Below, in pieces: positions 1-8,353 of a stretch of 64,000 bases of DNA. The translations under genes and the position numbers were made by a program. The stretch lies in NCBI GenBank assembly GCA_038831915.1, contig JAWBKB010000002.1, positions 64,001-128,000 on the forward strand, given 5' to 3'. This DNA comes from Candidatus Caldarchaeum sp. (lineage in GTDB: Archaea > Thermoproteota > Nitrososphaeria_A > Caldarchaeales > Caldarchaeaceae). The notes below the pieces were generated by a model. That model was not told the DNA's origin, made no database searches, and worked only from the letters and a program-made list of their open reading frames with translations. The number at the start of each line of letters is the position of its first letter. Position 1 is the first letter of the stretch.

Positions 1-37
1 ACGGTTTAAATCATGCTTTGCAGTTTAGCCGGAAAGA

Positions 38-316
38 ATGAAAGTTCCGGCAAAAACCACAACTTACTGTCCTAAATGCAACGCGCATACTGAACATACG
101 GTTGCCCTTTACAAAAAAGGCAAAGAAAGGTCTCTCGCGATAGGTGCGAGAAGACACGAAAGGGAGCTGAAAGGCTATGGAGGTCAGAAATATCCTATTC
201 AGCGTAAAAAGTCGAAGACAACAGACAAGAAGACATTAGTCCTCAAATGTGTCACATGCGGTCGAAGCGTCATGCGGGAAGGCATCAGACTTAAGAAATT
301 GGAGGTTGTGAGGTAA
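38..316 (+). CDS. rpl44e: 50S ribosomal protein L44e (eL42)
   Basis: Basic 92 aa protein with YCPKC...CVTC zinc ligands and GYGGQKYP motif; followed by S27e. Confidence 0.97.
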   Translation: MKVPAKTTTYCPKCNAHTEHTVALYKKGKERSLAIGARRHERELKGYGGQKYPIQRKKSKTTDKKTLVLKCVTCGRSVMREGIRLKKLEVVR

Positions 317-516
317 TGTCGGAATCGTGGAGCAAATACATTCCATCTCCGCGGTCGAGATTTCTTATCGTCAGTTGTAACGAATGTGGCAACTCGCAAA
401 TAGTTTTCGACTCCGCGAAAACGGTTGTCAAATGTAATGTCTGCGGCGCGGTGCTGGCCCGTCCAAGCGGAGGAAAAGCAATCATATTGGGAAAGAAGGA
501 GAGAACTCTTGAGTAA
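316..516 (+). CDS. rps27e: 30S ribosomal protein S27e
   Basis: [20 protein letters not shown]...CNVCG zinc ribbon; conserved L44e-S27e-aIF2a order. Confidence 0.97.
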   Translation: MSESWSKYIPSPRSRFLIVSCNECGNSQIVFDSAKTVVKCNVCGAVLARPSGGKAIILGKKERTLE

Positions 517-1279
517 AGTCCCCGAAATTGGGGAGCTTGTTCTAGGAAGGGTAAAGGAAGTTAAGGACTATGGAGCTTATGTCGAAATCGAGGAATATCC
601 AAGCTATGAAGGATTTGTCCATGTTTCTGAAGTATCGCTCAAATGGGTTCGAAACATCCGCGAACATCTCAAAGAAGGACAAAGAACCGTTTTCAAAATC
701 ATCCGAGTAAACCCGGCCACGATGCAGGCTGACCTATCCATTAGACGTGTGTCTCAGAAAGAAAGAGTTGACAAGCTTCTTGAACTTAAGAGAAAGGCAA
801 AAATCAAAAAAGTCTTTAAAACCTTAGAGGAAAGAAAATTTGACGCAGCTGTTCAGAAAATTTTGGCGACCACGTCCAACTATGAAACCCTCTATGGTTT
901 GTTCGAGCAGATAGCTGTCGGACACGATGTTTCGAAAATCTTTCCCACTCTCGACCCGCTCGAAGCAGAGGAGCTGCGTAAAGCCGTCGAGCAGGAAATC
1001 AAGCTTCGGGAAGTTGAGGTAAAGGTAGATATGGTGCTTAGATGTGAGAGCAGGGACGGCGTAAAGGCCATACGTGAAGCAGCTGCAGCCGTCGAAAAAA
1101 TAGCTGAAACTGGAGAAACTGTCGAAATGAGGACTAAGGGTGCTCCCGTTTACAGCCTGTCCGTCAAGGCGTCGACCAAAGAAAGGGCGAACGAGCTGAT
1201 CGCTCTAGCCGTGCAGGTCTGCGGCGACGTAATGAAAAAGTACGGTGGTTTTGCGGAGCTTAAGACAAAAGAGAAGTAG
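509..1279 (+). CDS. eif2a: translation initiation factor aIF-2 subunit alpha
   Basis: S1 domain ([28 protein letters not shown]) and C-terminal GAPVY. Start moved to TTG 509, overlapping the S27e stop. Confidence 0.95.
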   Translation: MSKVPEIGELVLGRVKEVKDYGAYVEIEEYPSYEGFVHVSEVSLKWVRNIREHLKEGQRTVFKIIRVNPATMQADLSIRRVSQKERVDKLLELKRKAKIKKVFKTLEERKFDAAVQKILATTSNYETLYGLFEQIAVGHDVSKIFPTLDPLEAEELRKAVEQEIKLREVEVKVDMVLRCESRDGVKAIREAAAAVEKIAETGETVEMRTKGAPVYSLSVKASTKERANELIALAVQVCGDVMKKYGGFAELKTKEK

Positions 1280-1598
1280 AGTTTGTAATCTTCTCCATTT
1301 TGAATAAGAGAGACCTTCTCCGAACTATGGTTGTCCTGTTTTCGACTCTTTGGTATTTTGCGTTGACTTCAACATCCATCGGCAAAGGCTCTTGAGATGT
1401 TTCGACGTCGAGGACCCTAGCATCGGAAGGAAAATCAACATGCCTACCTTTCCCCAGCTTCACCTCTATCCCAAAAATCTTAAAACCGTCCAGCGATTCG
1501 GGCGGGTTTTCCAAAATCGTTACACGGTATTTATAGACACGGGTTCTTTCCGACCGTGTCCTAGGGGTGGGCTTTGAAACGATTTTTCCCTTCTTCAT
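1260..1598 (-). CDS. hypothetical protein (basic, beta-rich)
   Basis: ATG-started 112 aa ORF filling the gap between aIF2a and the TauE gene, AT-rich upstream region; no recognisable motif. Confidence 0.55.
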   Translation of the reverse strand: MKKGKIVSKPTPRTRSERTRVYKYRVTILENPPESLDGFKIFGIEVKLGKGRHVDFPSDARVLDVETSQEPLPMDVEVNAKYQRVENRTTIVRRRSLLFKMEKITNSTSLLS

Positions 1599-1661
1599 TC
1601 CAACCCATATATAAACATCAAAAAATAATTAAATTTATCTGTCCGCCGGCGTTATTGGTTT

Positions 1662-2405
1662 ATGAACGAACTATTTGTCTTCCTGGTTGCGTTTTTCGCC
1701 GCTGCGTTCGGCTCTGTATTAGGTATCGGCGGCGGAATTTTTTTCGTTCCGTTTTCGACGATGTTTCTTTCCTTTCCGCCTTCCAAAGCTGTTCCCGTAA
1801 GCCTTGCCATGGTTTTCACCAACGCTGTTTCCGCCACTTTCACAAGGTTTCGGCAAGAGTCGTTGCAAATCGGGCCAAATGCGTGGCTTGGGATTGCTGC
1901 TATTCCATCGACTTTGCTCGGGTCCTTGATAGGGGCCAGACTTGAGGCACAGACCTTCAGGCTTCTCTTCAGTCTTTTCGTTATATCTGCTGCTGTTTTT
2001 GTCTTTGTAAAGCGGCCAACCGTGTCTATTGAAACCAGGCAAAAAGGTAGGCTCGCGAGAAAACTGGCAGTGGTAGTCGCGGCGGGATTCGTTTCAACTC
2101 TTCTCGGTGTGGGAGGCGGTTTGATAATGGTTCCAGCTTTCATAATTTGGGCCAAGCTGGATTCACATCAGTCGGTCGGCACCAGTCAATATGTGACGGC
2201 GTTCGCAACTTCAACAGGCCTAATATCATACACGGTTCAGGGCTATTCCGAACCATTTCTGTTCGTGTTAGCCTCGGTGGGAGGATTTCTCGGTGGCATG
2301 GTAGGCAGCAGAATCGAACTAAGACTATCAGAAAAAAACTTAAGGAAAGTAATAGTTGTGGCGTTTCTCGCAATAGGCTCCTGTATGATTTATTCAGCCC
2401 TTTAA
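1662..2405 (+). CDS. TauE/SafE (TSUP) family membrane transporter
   Basis: Two repeats of G(I/V)GGG(I/L)xxVP and about 8 hydrophobic segments. Confidence 0.9.
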   Translation: MNELFVFLVAFFAAAFGSVLGIGGGIFFVPFSTMFLSFPPSKAVPVSLAMVFTNAVSATFTRFRQESLQIGPNAWLGIAAIPSTLLGSLIGARLEAQTFRLLFSLFVISAAVFVFVKRPTVSIETRQKGRLARKLAVVVAAGFVSTLLGVGGGLIMVPAFIIWAKLDSHQSVGTSQYVTAFATSTGLISYTVQGYSEPFLFVLASVGGFLGGMVGSRIELRLSEKNLRKVIVVAFLAIGSCMIYSAL

Positions 2406-3157
2406 AACAACTGGATCACGGTCAGTAACGCAAGCGACATAACGAAAATCGTCAGCCAAACTTTCCAGCTCCAGTTGAGAACTTTTTCGCCGTCTAGCGG
2501 TGGAATAGGCAACATGTTGAAAAACATCAAGAAAGCATTAATCGAAGCCACTATTTCCAGCAGAAAGTTGTTGAGAACCTTGGCTAAAACAAACAGGGCC
2601 GTCGCTGCAATGAAGTTGAATAAGGGACCTGCGGCCGCGATTTCCCCTATTGTTCTTGGAAGGGTTAACCCCCGAATCACCACCGCACCCGGCATGATGA
2701 CCTTGAACGGAACAGGTAGCAAAGAGGTTATCAAAGTTACGAATAGTCCGGGTGGAAAGATTTTAAACTCCGCTGAAAGGCCTCTTCTAATCGCTGTAAA
2801 CTTGTGCGCTAATTCGTGACCTATGAACGAAGCGCAAAATCCTCCGACAAGAAATGCTAACGAGGTTATGGAAGCGGCTGCGAAACCAACCAAGCTGAGG
2901 CCAGCTACGGAAACGACCGCGGCTGCAATGGCTAGCTGTGCTGTCTCCGACTTGGTGAAAGAAAGTTGAGGCTTTGCCCCTCTGCTCACGTATTTTGCCG
3001 CCGCTCGTAATCTTATTTCTTCGGGACTACGTGTCTTGGATATGCCTATGCATCCATGATTTTCAGGCAGCCGGTGCGAGGAGCAGTAGGGAAGCCCGCA
3101 GTAGGTACACCGAAACGGAAGCATTTCGTCAACGCCGCAAACGCTACACCTGACCAA
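2402..3157 (-). CDS. AN1-type zinc finger fused to M50 (site-2) membrane metalloprotease
   Basis: N-terminal CxxC...PFRCxYC...CxxHRLPENHxC; HELAH zinc motif, AAAGP and FNMLPIPPLDG M50 motifs. Confidence 0.9.
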   Translation of the reverse strand: MVRCSVCGVDEMLPFRCTYCGLPYCSSHRLPENHGCIGISKTRSPEEIRLRAAAKYVSRGAKPQLSFTKSETAQLAIAAAVVSVAGLSLVGFAAASITSLAFLVGGFCASFIGHELAHKFTAIRRGLSAEFKIFPPGLFVTLITSLLPVPFKVIMPGAVVIRGLTLPRTIGEIAAAGPLFNFIAATALFVLAKVLNNFLLEIVASINAFLMFFNMLPIPPLDGEKVLNWSWKVWLTIFVMSLALLTVIQLF

Positions 3158-3229
3158 CCTTGCTTTAATAAAGCTCGACGGTTTTTATAGCTTGCTAAAC
3201 ATAAATACGTTAGACGCGTAAATTAGGGT

Positions 3230-3661
3230 ATGGAAAGTGCTCCTGACTGGGATGAATTTTTCCATAGGATAGGTCGGGAGGTTGAGCATAGGGTTCGCGA
3301 CGCCATTGAATATTCGATGAACCTGTTAGAGCCTTTAGTCGGCGATTACCGCAGGCCAAGAGCTGATTACACGGTGTCTTCTACACATGTCTACGTCGTC
3401 GTTGAAATGCCCGGAACATCTAAAGAAAATATCGAAATGCAGGCTGATGAAACTTCGATAACAGTTTCCGCGGAATACGTCATGCCAGCAGATGAATACA
3501 GCAGGCTGTACCCCTTCACCTATGGAAAAGGCTATCGAAGAACCATCAAGCTTCCTAAGGCAATCGACCCCTCCAAGATTCAAGCCCGTTATGAGAACGG
3601 GTTGTTGTATATCAAAGCTGAAATACCAAAACCCAAAGGTGTAAAAATCCAGATAGAATAA
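3230..3661 (+). CDS. Hsp20/alpha-crystallin small heat shock protein
   Basis: VVVEMPG...KENI, YRRTIKLP, ARYENGLLYI and C-terminal IQI motif. Confidence 0.93.
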   Translation: MESAPDWDEFFHRIGREVEHRVRDAIEYSMNLLEPLVGDYRRPRADYTVSSTHVYVVVEMPGTSKENIEMQADETSITVSAEYVMPADEYSRLYPFTYGKGYRRTIKLPKAIDPSKIQARYENGLLYIKAEIPKPKGVKIQIE

Positions 3662-5245
3662 ATGGCCCGGCTGTTCAAGGAGCTTGCGGTTCTCTGTGAG
3701 GAGCTGGAGTCAACCAACTCGCGGAACGAGAAGATCTCTCTCGTGGCCAAATATTTCCGTGGCTTTCTAAATTCAGAAGCTGAGGAAGCTAAAGCCGCTG
3801 CTTATCTTCTGGTCGGAATCACGTCAGGTATCAGACGCATCGGCATAAACATCGGGCCCTCAACCCTTTTCAAAGCCGTGTCAGAGAAGCAACTGTCTCT
3901 GGTCGATTTACAGCCGCTGACTGTGCTCGATGTCTGGACAGCCGTGCAGAAATCCATGAAAACTGCTGGAGAAGGCTCTTCGGAAACGAGGAAAGCTCTA
4001 CTTGCGAATCTTTTCGCCAGAAGCGACGATGTCGAACGTAAATGGCTTGTCAGAATTCTCATGGGCGAAATGAGACATGGGTTCAACGCGGGTCTGCTGA
4101 TTGAATCGGTGGCCCAACTCTCTCAGCGGCCCGTGGACACGGTGAGAAAGGCCGACATGTTGTTAGGTGACCTGGGAGAACTCGTGAAAAAAGCTTTGGA
4201 GAAAACGCTTGATTCCGTGAGTTTGACGATTTTCCACCCAATAAAGCCGATGTTGGCAGAATACGCCTATACTGTCGAAGAAATCATAAGTAAAACCCGC
4301 TTGCCTGTGTACATCGAGCCGAAAATCGACGGTGTGAGACTTCAGGTTCACAAAAAAGATGATGAAATCAGAGTTTTCACCCGAGGTTTGAAGGACATTA
4401 CCAGGTCTGTTCCCGACGTTGTGGAAACCGGGAAGACATCCGTTAAAGGCGAAACGGTCATACTGGACGGGGAGGCTTTTTCAGTCGATGACAAGGGCCG
4501 GCCAACGCCTTTCCAAGAAACGATGCGGAGGATAGGCAGGGAAAAACAAACAGAAGACATACTCAAACAGCTGAAACTGGTAATCAAATTTTTCGACATA
4601 ATCTATGTTAACGGAGAAGATAGTTGGAGCATGCCTTTGGCTTATCGGAGGCGAAAATTGGAGACAATTGTTGAGCCGTCTGCTGTCAACCCGGTAGTGG
4701 TCGCGGAAACAGCACAAACCATCATCGAGAAACTTCATGATTGGACGTCCATGGGCCACGAAGGATTAATGGCCAAATCCCCGAACAGCCCGTATGTTCC
4801 AGGCAGAAGGGGCGGTTTCTGGTTCAAGATGAAACCCGCCAAAACGCTCGACGTGGTGGTTATAGCTGCTGAATGGGGTCATGGAAGGCGGCAAGGCTGG
4901 CTGAGCAACTATCATTTAGCTGTGATAGACGAGACAACCGGCCAATTCGTACCAGTTGGAAAAACTTTCAAGGGATTAACTGACGCCGAATTCAAAAAAA
5001 TGACCGAAGAGTTGCTGAAAATTAAAACGAAAGAATTCGATTGGGGCGTGACGGTGGAACCCAAGGTCGTGCTCGAAATAGAATACAACGAAGTTCAGAA
5101 AAGCCCCCGGTATTCCAGCGGCTACGCCCTCAGATTCGCCCGGGTGAAAAACATAAGGTTCGACAAGAGCCCGTCAGAAGTCGATACCTTAGAAACTGTC
5201 CGAAAGGCATATGATCAAAGTATTGACACAAGAACATCCAGCTAA
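3662..5245 (+). CDS. lig: ATP-dependent DNA ligase
   Basis: Motif I EPKIDGVR, ILDGE, FDI, EGLMAK, WFKMK and ALRFARV. Confidence 0.95.
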   Translation: MARLFKELAVLCEELESTNSRNEKISLVAKYFRGFLNSEAEEAKAAAYLLVGITSGIRRIGINIGPSTLFKAVSEKQLSLVDLQPLTVLDVWTAVQKSMKTAGEGSSETRKALLANLFARSDDVERKWLVRILMGEMRHGFNAGLLIESVAQLSQRPVDTVRKADMLLGDLGELVKKALEKTLDSVSLTIFHPIKPMLAEYAYTVEEIISKTRLPVYIEPKIDGVRLQVHKKDDEIRVFTRGLKDITRSVPDVVETGKTSVKGETVILDGEAFSVDDKGRPTPFQETMRRIGREKQTEDILKQLKLVIKFFDIIYVNGEDSWSMPLAYRRRKLETIVEPSAVNPVVVAETAQTIIEKLHDWTSMGHEGLMAKSPNSPYVPGRRGGFWFKMKPAKTLDVVVIAAEWGHGRRQGWLSNYHLAVIDETTGQFVPVGKTFKGLTDAEFKKMTEELLKIKTKEFDWGVTVEPKVVLEIEYNEVQKSPRYSSGYALRFARVKNIRFDKSPSEVDTLETVRKAYDQSIDTRTSS

Positions 5246-5311
5246 TATTCAGAAAACATTCGATGAAAGAATTCAACGAGGCTTTTATCGCGGCTTAGAA
5301 ATGCAGCCGCC

Positions 5312-5887
5312 ATGAGAGGGTTGGCTGCCACGCTGACAGGGTTGTGTATGCTCATCGCCTTCGGAGGGGTTCTAGCCCGCGACATCCTGTTCTCGCTTCC
5401 CACGTTAGAGTTTCAGTCCGCAATTCTGGCCGTCATCCTTTCATCGCTGTCTACATCGCTAACACCTTTGTCGTCCGCTTTCGGCGCATTCACGTATGTT
5501 CCGCCCAGTCAAACACCCGTCCAGCTTGGGATATGGCCTCTCATAGCTTGGATAGCAGTAGGCGTAATGGTAGGGCTGTTAACCCAAAAACCCAGCGAAT
5601 CGGTAATACCATCCCTCTTAACACCCACCATAACTTACATCTCAGTGGTGGGGTTGGCTGGCTACGTCTTACCCAGAATTCCTTCAGCCATAAATTGGGA
5701 AATTTACTTGACCAAACTAGCCCAACAAATAATATTGGAAGGGCCGCTCGACTTCGCCTTCCTTTTTGCCGTGCCCATTACATTCTCGCTTATCACGGCT
5801 TCCATGGCGGAGCTGGCTTCTCCAAAGCCAGTCGTCACAACCGTGAGTCGTAGAAGAAGGTTCCTACACTGGCCTGAAGAGGAATAA
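5312..5887 (+). CDS. hypothetical membrane protein
   Basis: ATG start, 4-5 hydrophobic segments, charged C-terminal tail. Confidence 0.7.
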   Translation: MRGLAATLTGLCMLIAFGGVLARDILFSLPTLEFQSAILAVILSSLSTSLTPLSSAFGAFTYVPPSQTPVQLGIWPLIAWIAVGVMVGLLTQKPSESVIPSLLTPTITYISVVGLAGYVLPRIPSAINWEIYLTKLAQQIILEGPLDFAFLFAVPITFSLITASMAELASPKPVVTTVSRRRRFLHWPEEE

Positions 5888-5909
5888 AAAATGATAGGGT
5901 TTTAGGGTT

Positions 5910-6032
5910 TTAAGCCGTTCCCGCTGGAGCTCCTTCTGGAGGCGTTGGTTGGGCTGGTTTCTTTGCTTTCTTAGCTTTTTTCGCTGGCTTTTTCTTAGCA
6001 GCCTTCTTGGCTGTTTTTTTCTTCGTCACCAT
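5910..6032 (-). CDS. unlisted 40 aa Lys/Ala/Pro-rich, histone-H1-tail-like microprotein
   Basis: Manual translation MVTKKKTAKKAAKKKPAKKAKKAKKPAQPTPPEGAPAGTA*; ATG 6032, TAA 5910, TTTTTATG upstream, T-run downstream. Confidence 0.75.
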   Translation of the reverse strand: MVTKKKTAKKAAKKKPAKKAKKAKKPAQPTPPEGAPAGTA

Positions 6033-6141
6033 TTTTCGCTCTCATCATATTGACGACGTAGGAGCATAAAAAATTTTCTGAAAAAATTGTGGAAAACCCT
6101 TGTGCATAACTATTTTTAGAGCGCTGACGGAAGTTTCGGCC

Positions 6142-6465
6142 ATGATATCGATTAACGAATTCAAACGTGTGGAAATGAAGGTCGGTAGAGTGGTTCACGC
6201 CGAGAAGGTGAAGGGGTCGGACAAGCTGTTGAAGCTGAAGGTTTCTTTCGGCGATGTCGATAAGCAGGTATTGACCGGGCTGGCAAACCTGTATCCTCCC
6301 GAACATTTCATAGGTCGGCAATTCGTCTTTGTCACAAACCTCGAAAGCCGAAAAATCAGGGGAGAGGTCTCAGAAGCAATGCTATTAACGGCCGTGGAAA
6401 GCGACGAGGTAATTGTGCCGGTGACACCTGAAAAGACGGTCAAAGACGGAACTTTAATCTTGTAG
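6142..6465 (+). CDS. tRNA-binding OB-fold protein (Trbp111/CsaA/MetRS C-terminal-like)
   Basis: ISINEFKRVEMKVGRV, SDKLLKL, VTNLESRKIRGEVSEAMLL; start ATG 6142. Confidence 0.9.
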   Translation: MISINEFKRVEMKVGRVVHAEKVKGSDKLLKLKVSFGDVDKQVLTGLANLYPPEHFIGRQFVFVTNLESRKIRGEVSEAMLLTAVESDEVIVPVTPEKTVKDGTLIL

Positions 6466-6500
6466 CTCTATATACTAGGCTTTTTTAACCAGGTCTAGGG

Positions 6501-7790
6501 ATGCTTGTCCGAACAGTCGACGTCACCTCGGCAGCAGAAGGCGCCGAGGTTTCTTTGATGGGCTGGATTAGGTCCAAACGTCTTCATGGCAAGCTTTTAT
6601 TCATCGACCTTCGGGACGGCTGGGGAACAATTCAGGTTACTCTGAGGGCCTCGCAGTTGGCGGAACCAGCTTACAAAGCCGCAGTCGAGGCGGGCAAAGA
6701 ATCGGCTGTGATGCTAACGGGAAAAGTTGTCCACGACCCACGGGCCCCCAGCGGAGTTGAAATTCATGCGACTAGTTTTTCAGTAGTTTCGCCGTCTCTG
6801 GCAGAATTTCCTATTAAGAAAGGTGTTGGGCCAAGGTTCCTTAGCGATAATAGGCATCTCGCCATTCGAAGCCCTAAAGCGGCGGCGATATACCGTTTTC
6901 GTTCGAACCTCATTAAAAGCATTCGAAACTGGTTCGACTCCCATGGATTTGTCGAAGTTCATTGCCCAACATTCATCACGGCGGCGGTCGAAGGAGGGGC
7001 GACTCTTTTCAAGGTAGACTATTTTGGGAAAGAAGTATATCTTACGCAGAGCGTTCAATTTTATCAGGAGGCGGCTATTTATTCTTTGGGTAAGGTTTAC
7101 AGCGTTCAGCCAAGTTTTAGGGCGGAGCGGAGTAAAACCAGGCGGCATTTGACCGAATTCTGGCACGTCGAAGGCGAGCTGGCGTTCGCCGGTCTCGAAG
7201 ATTTGATGAAAACTGTGGAACAGCTGGTCGGCGAAGCCAGCATCGAAGCCATTAGAAATTCGCAGCGTGAACTCGGAGTTTTGGGTAAGGAGAGAAAGCT
7301 CGAACCCCTCGAGCCGCCTTATCAACGAATAAAGTACAGCGAGGCTCTTGACATTCTCGAGTCGAAAGGCGTTCATGTCGAATATGGGTCAGACTTGGGA
7401 GCTGATGAGGAAAAGGTGTTGACCAAGGAGTTTGAGAAACCGTTTTTCTTGACTCATTTTCCTAAAAAAGCCAAGGCTTTCTACCACATGCCTCACCCTT
7501 CAAACCCCGACCTGACGCTTTCTAGTGACCTGCTTGCGCCTGAAGGCTATGGGGAAATTGTCGGTGGCGGCCAGCGTATACATGACTACGACCTTTTGAT
7601 GGCCCGAATCGTCGAAGAAGGGTTGGAGCCAAGCCAGTACAGCTGGTATCTCGACCTACGTAAATATGGTAGTGTTCCCCACAGTGGGTTCGGGCTTGGA
7701 GTCGAGAGGTTGATTCAATGGCTTCTCGGACTGAAAAACATCCGGACAGCGGCCATGTTCCCAAGAACACCGACACGCGTCTACCCATGA
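6501..7790 (+). CDS. asnS: asparagine--tRNA ligase
   Basis: N-terminal OB fold, FRAERSKTRRHLTEFWH motif 2, GEIVGGGQR, YGSVPHSGFGLGVER motif 3. Confidence 0.9.
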   Translation: MLVRTVDVTSAAEGAEVSLMGWIRSKRLHGKLLFIDLRDGWGTIQVTLRASQLAEPAYKAAVEAGKESAVMLTGKVVHDPRAPSGVEIHATSFSVVSPSLAEFPIKKGVGPRFLSDNRHLAIRSPKAAAIYRFRSNLIKSIRNWFDSHGFVEVHCPTFITAAVEGGATLFKVDYFGKEVYLTQSVQFYQEAAIYSLGKVYSVQPSFRAERSKTRRHLTEFWHVEGELAFAGLEDLMKTVEQLVGEASIEAIRNSQRELGVLGKERKLEPLEPPYQRIKYSEALDILESKGVHVEYGSDLGADEEKVLTKEFEKPFFLTHFPKKAKAFYHMPHPSNPDLTLSSDLLAPEGYGEIVGGGQRIHDYDLLMARIVEEGLEPSQYSWYLDLRKYGSVPHSGFGLGVERLIQWLLGLKNIRTAAMFPRTPTRVYP

Positions 7791-8338
7791 ATCATCCGTA
7801 TACACCTCGTGAAGACACTTTCCTGCTTCTGGAATGCCTTGAAATGGTTCCGAAGGTTGACCTGGCCGCAGAAGTGGGATGCGGTCCGGGCTATGTGTTA
7901 AGACAGTTACTAGCCAGAAGCCGTGAATCCGTGGGCATTGACATCGATGTAACGGCTTTGAAAGCTGGGAAACAACATCTTGCCGAGGTATACGGCTCCG
8001 TTCACCTAGTCAACTCCTCGATTCTACCCTTCCGTCAAGACAGCTTCGACATGGTGGTTTCGAACCCACCGTACCTCCCCAGCGAAGAAACGCTCTATGA
8101 CCCGGCGGTTCACGGAGGGCCTACGGGCGTCGAAACATCCTTAGAAATAGTCAATCAAGCTTCACACACCCTCAAAAGCGATGGAATATTGCTGATTGTC
8201 GCGTCGTCGCTCAGTGACGTCGACCGTCTATTAACTCAAGCAATTCAAACAGGTTTTAAACAGTGGGAAAAAGCGCCTTATTTTAAGACCTTTTTCGAAA
8301 TTGTTTACTGCTTTATATTTTCGCTGAACCGCCAATAG
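7787..8338 (+). CDS. HemK2/N6AMT1-like SAM methyltransferase (probable aRF1 glutamine methyltransferase)
   Basis: YTPREDTFLL, EVGCGPG, NPPY, GGxxG; ATG overlaps the asnS stop (ATGA). Confidence 0.88.
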   Translation: MNHPYTPREDTFLLLECLEMVPKVDLAAEVGCGPGYVLRQLLARSRESVGIDIDVTALKAGKQHLAEVYGSVHLVNSSILPFRQDSFDMVVSNPPYLPSEETLYDPAVHGGPTGVETSLEIVNQASHTLKSDGILLIVASSLSDVDRLLTQAIQTGFKQWEKAPYFKTFFEIVYCFIFSLNRQ

Positions 8339-8353
8339 AGCCGGCGGCATCGT

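Noticed and set aside
425-508. Track N-terminal extensions (aIF2a from 425, HemK from 7718, lipA from 35598, moaE from 43054, dtdA from 56342)
   Set aside because: They overlap neighbours or promoters; family similarity begins at downstream starts
1652-2155. Long antisense or alternate-frame ORFs here and elsewhere (e.g. 5344-5853, 6780-7376, 36807-37338, 45072-45759, 59683-60246)
   Set aside because: Shadows of well-supported genes, with no motifs of their own
5895-5911. TAGGGTTT-TAGGGTTT telomere-like repeat
   Set aside because: Only two units, in a convergent terminator region; chance
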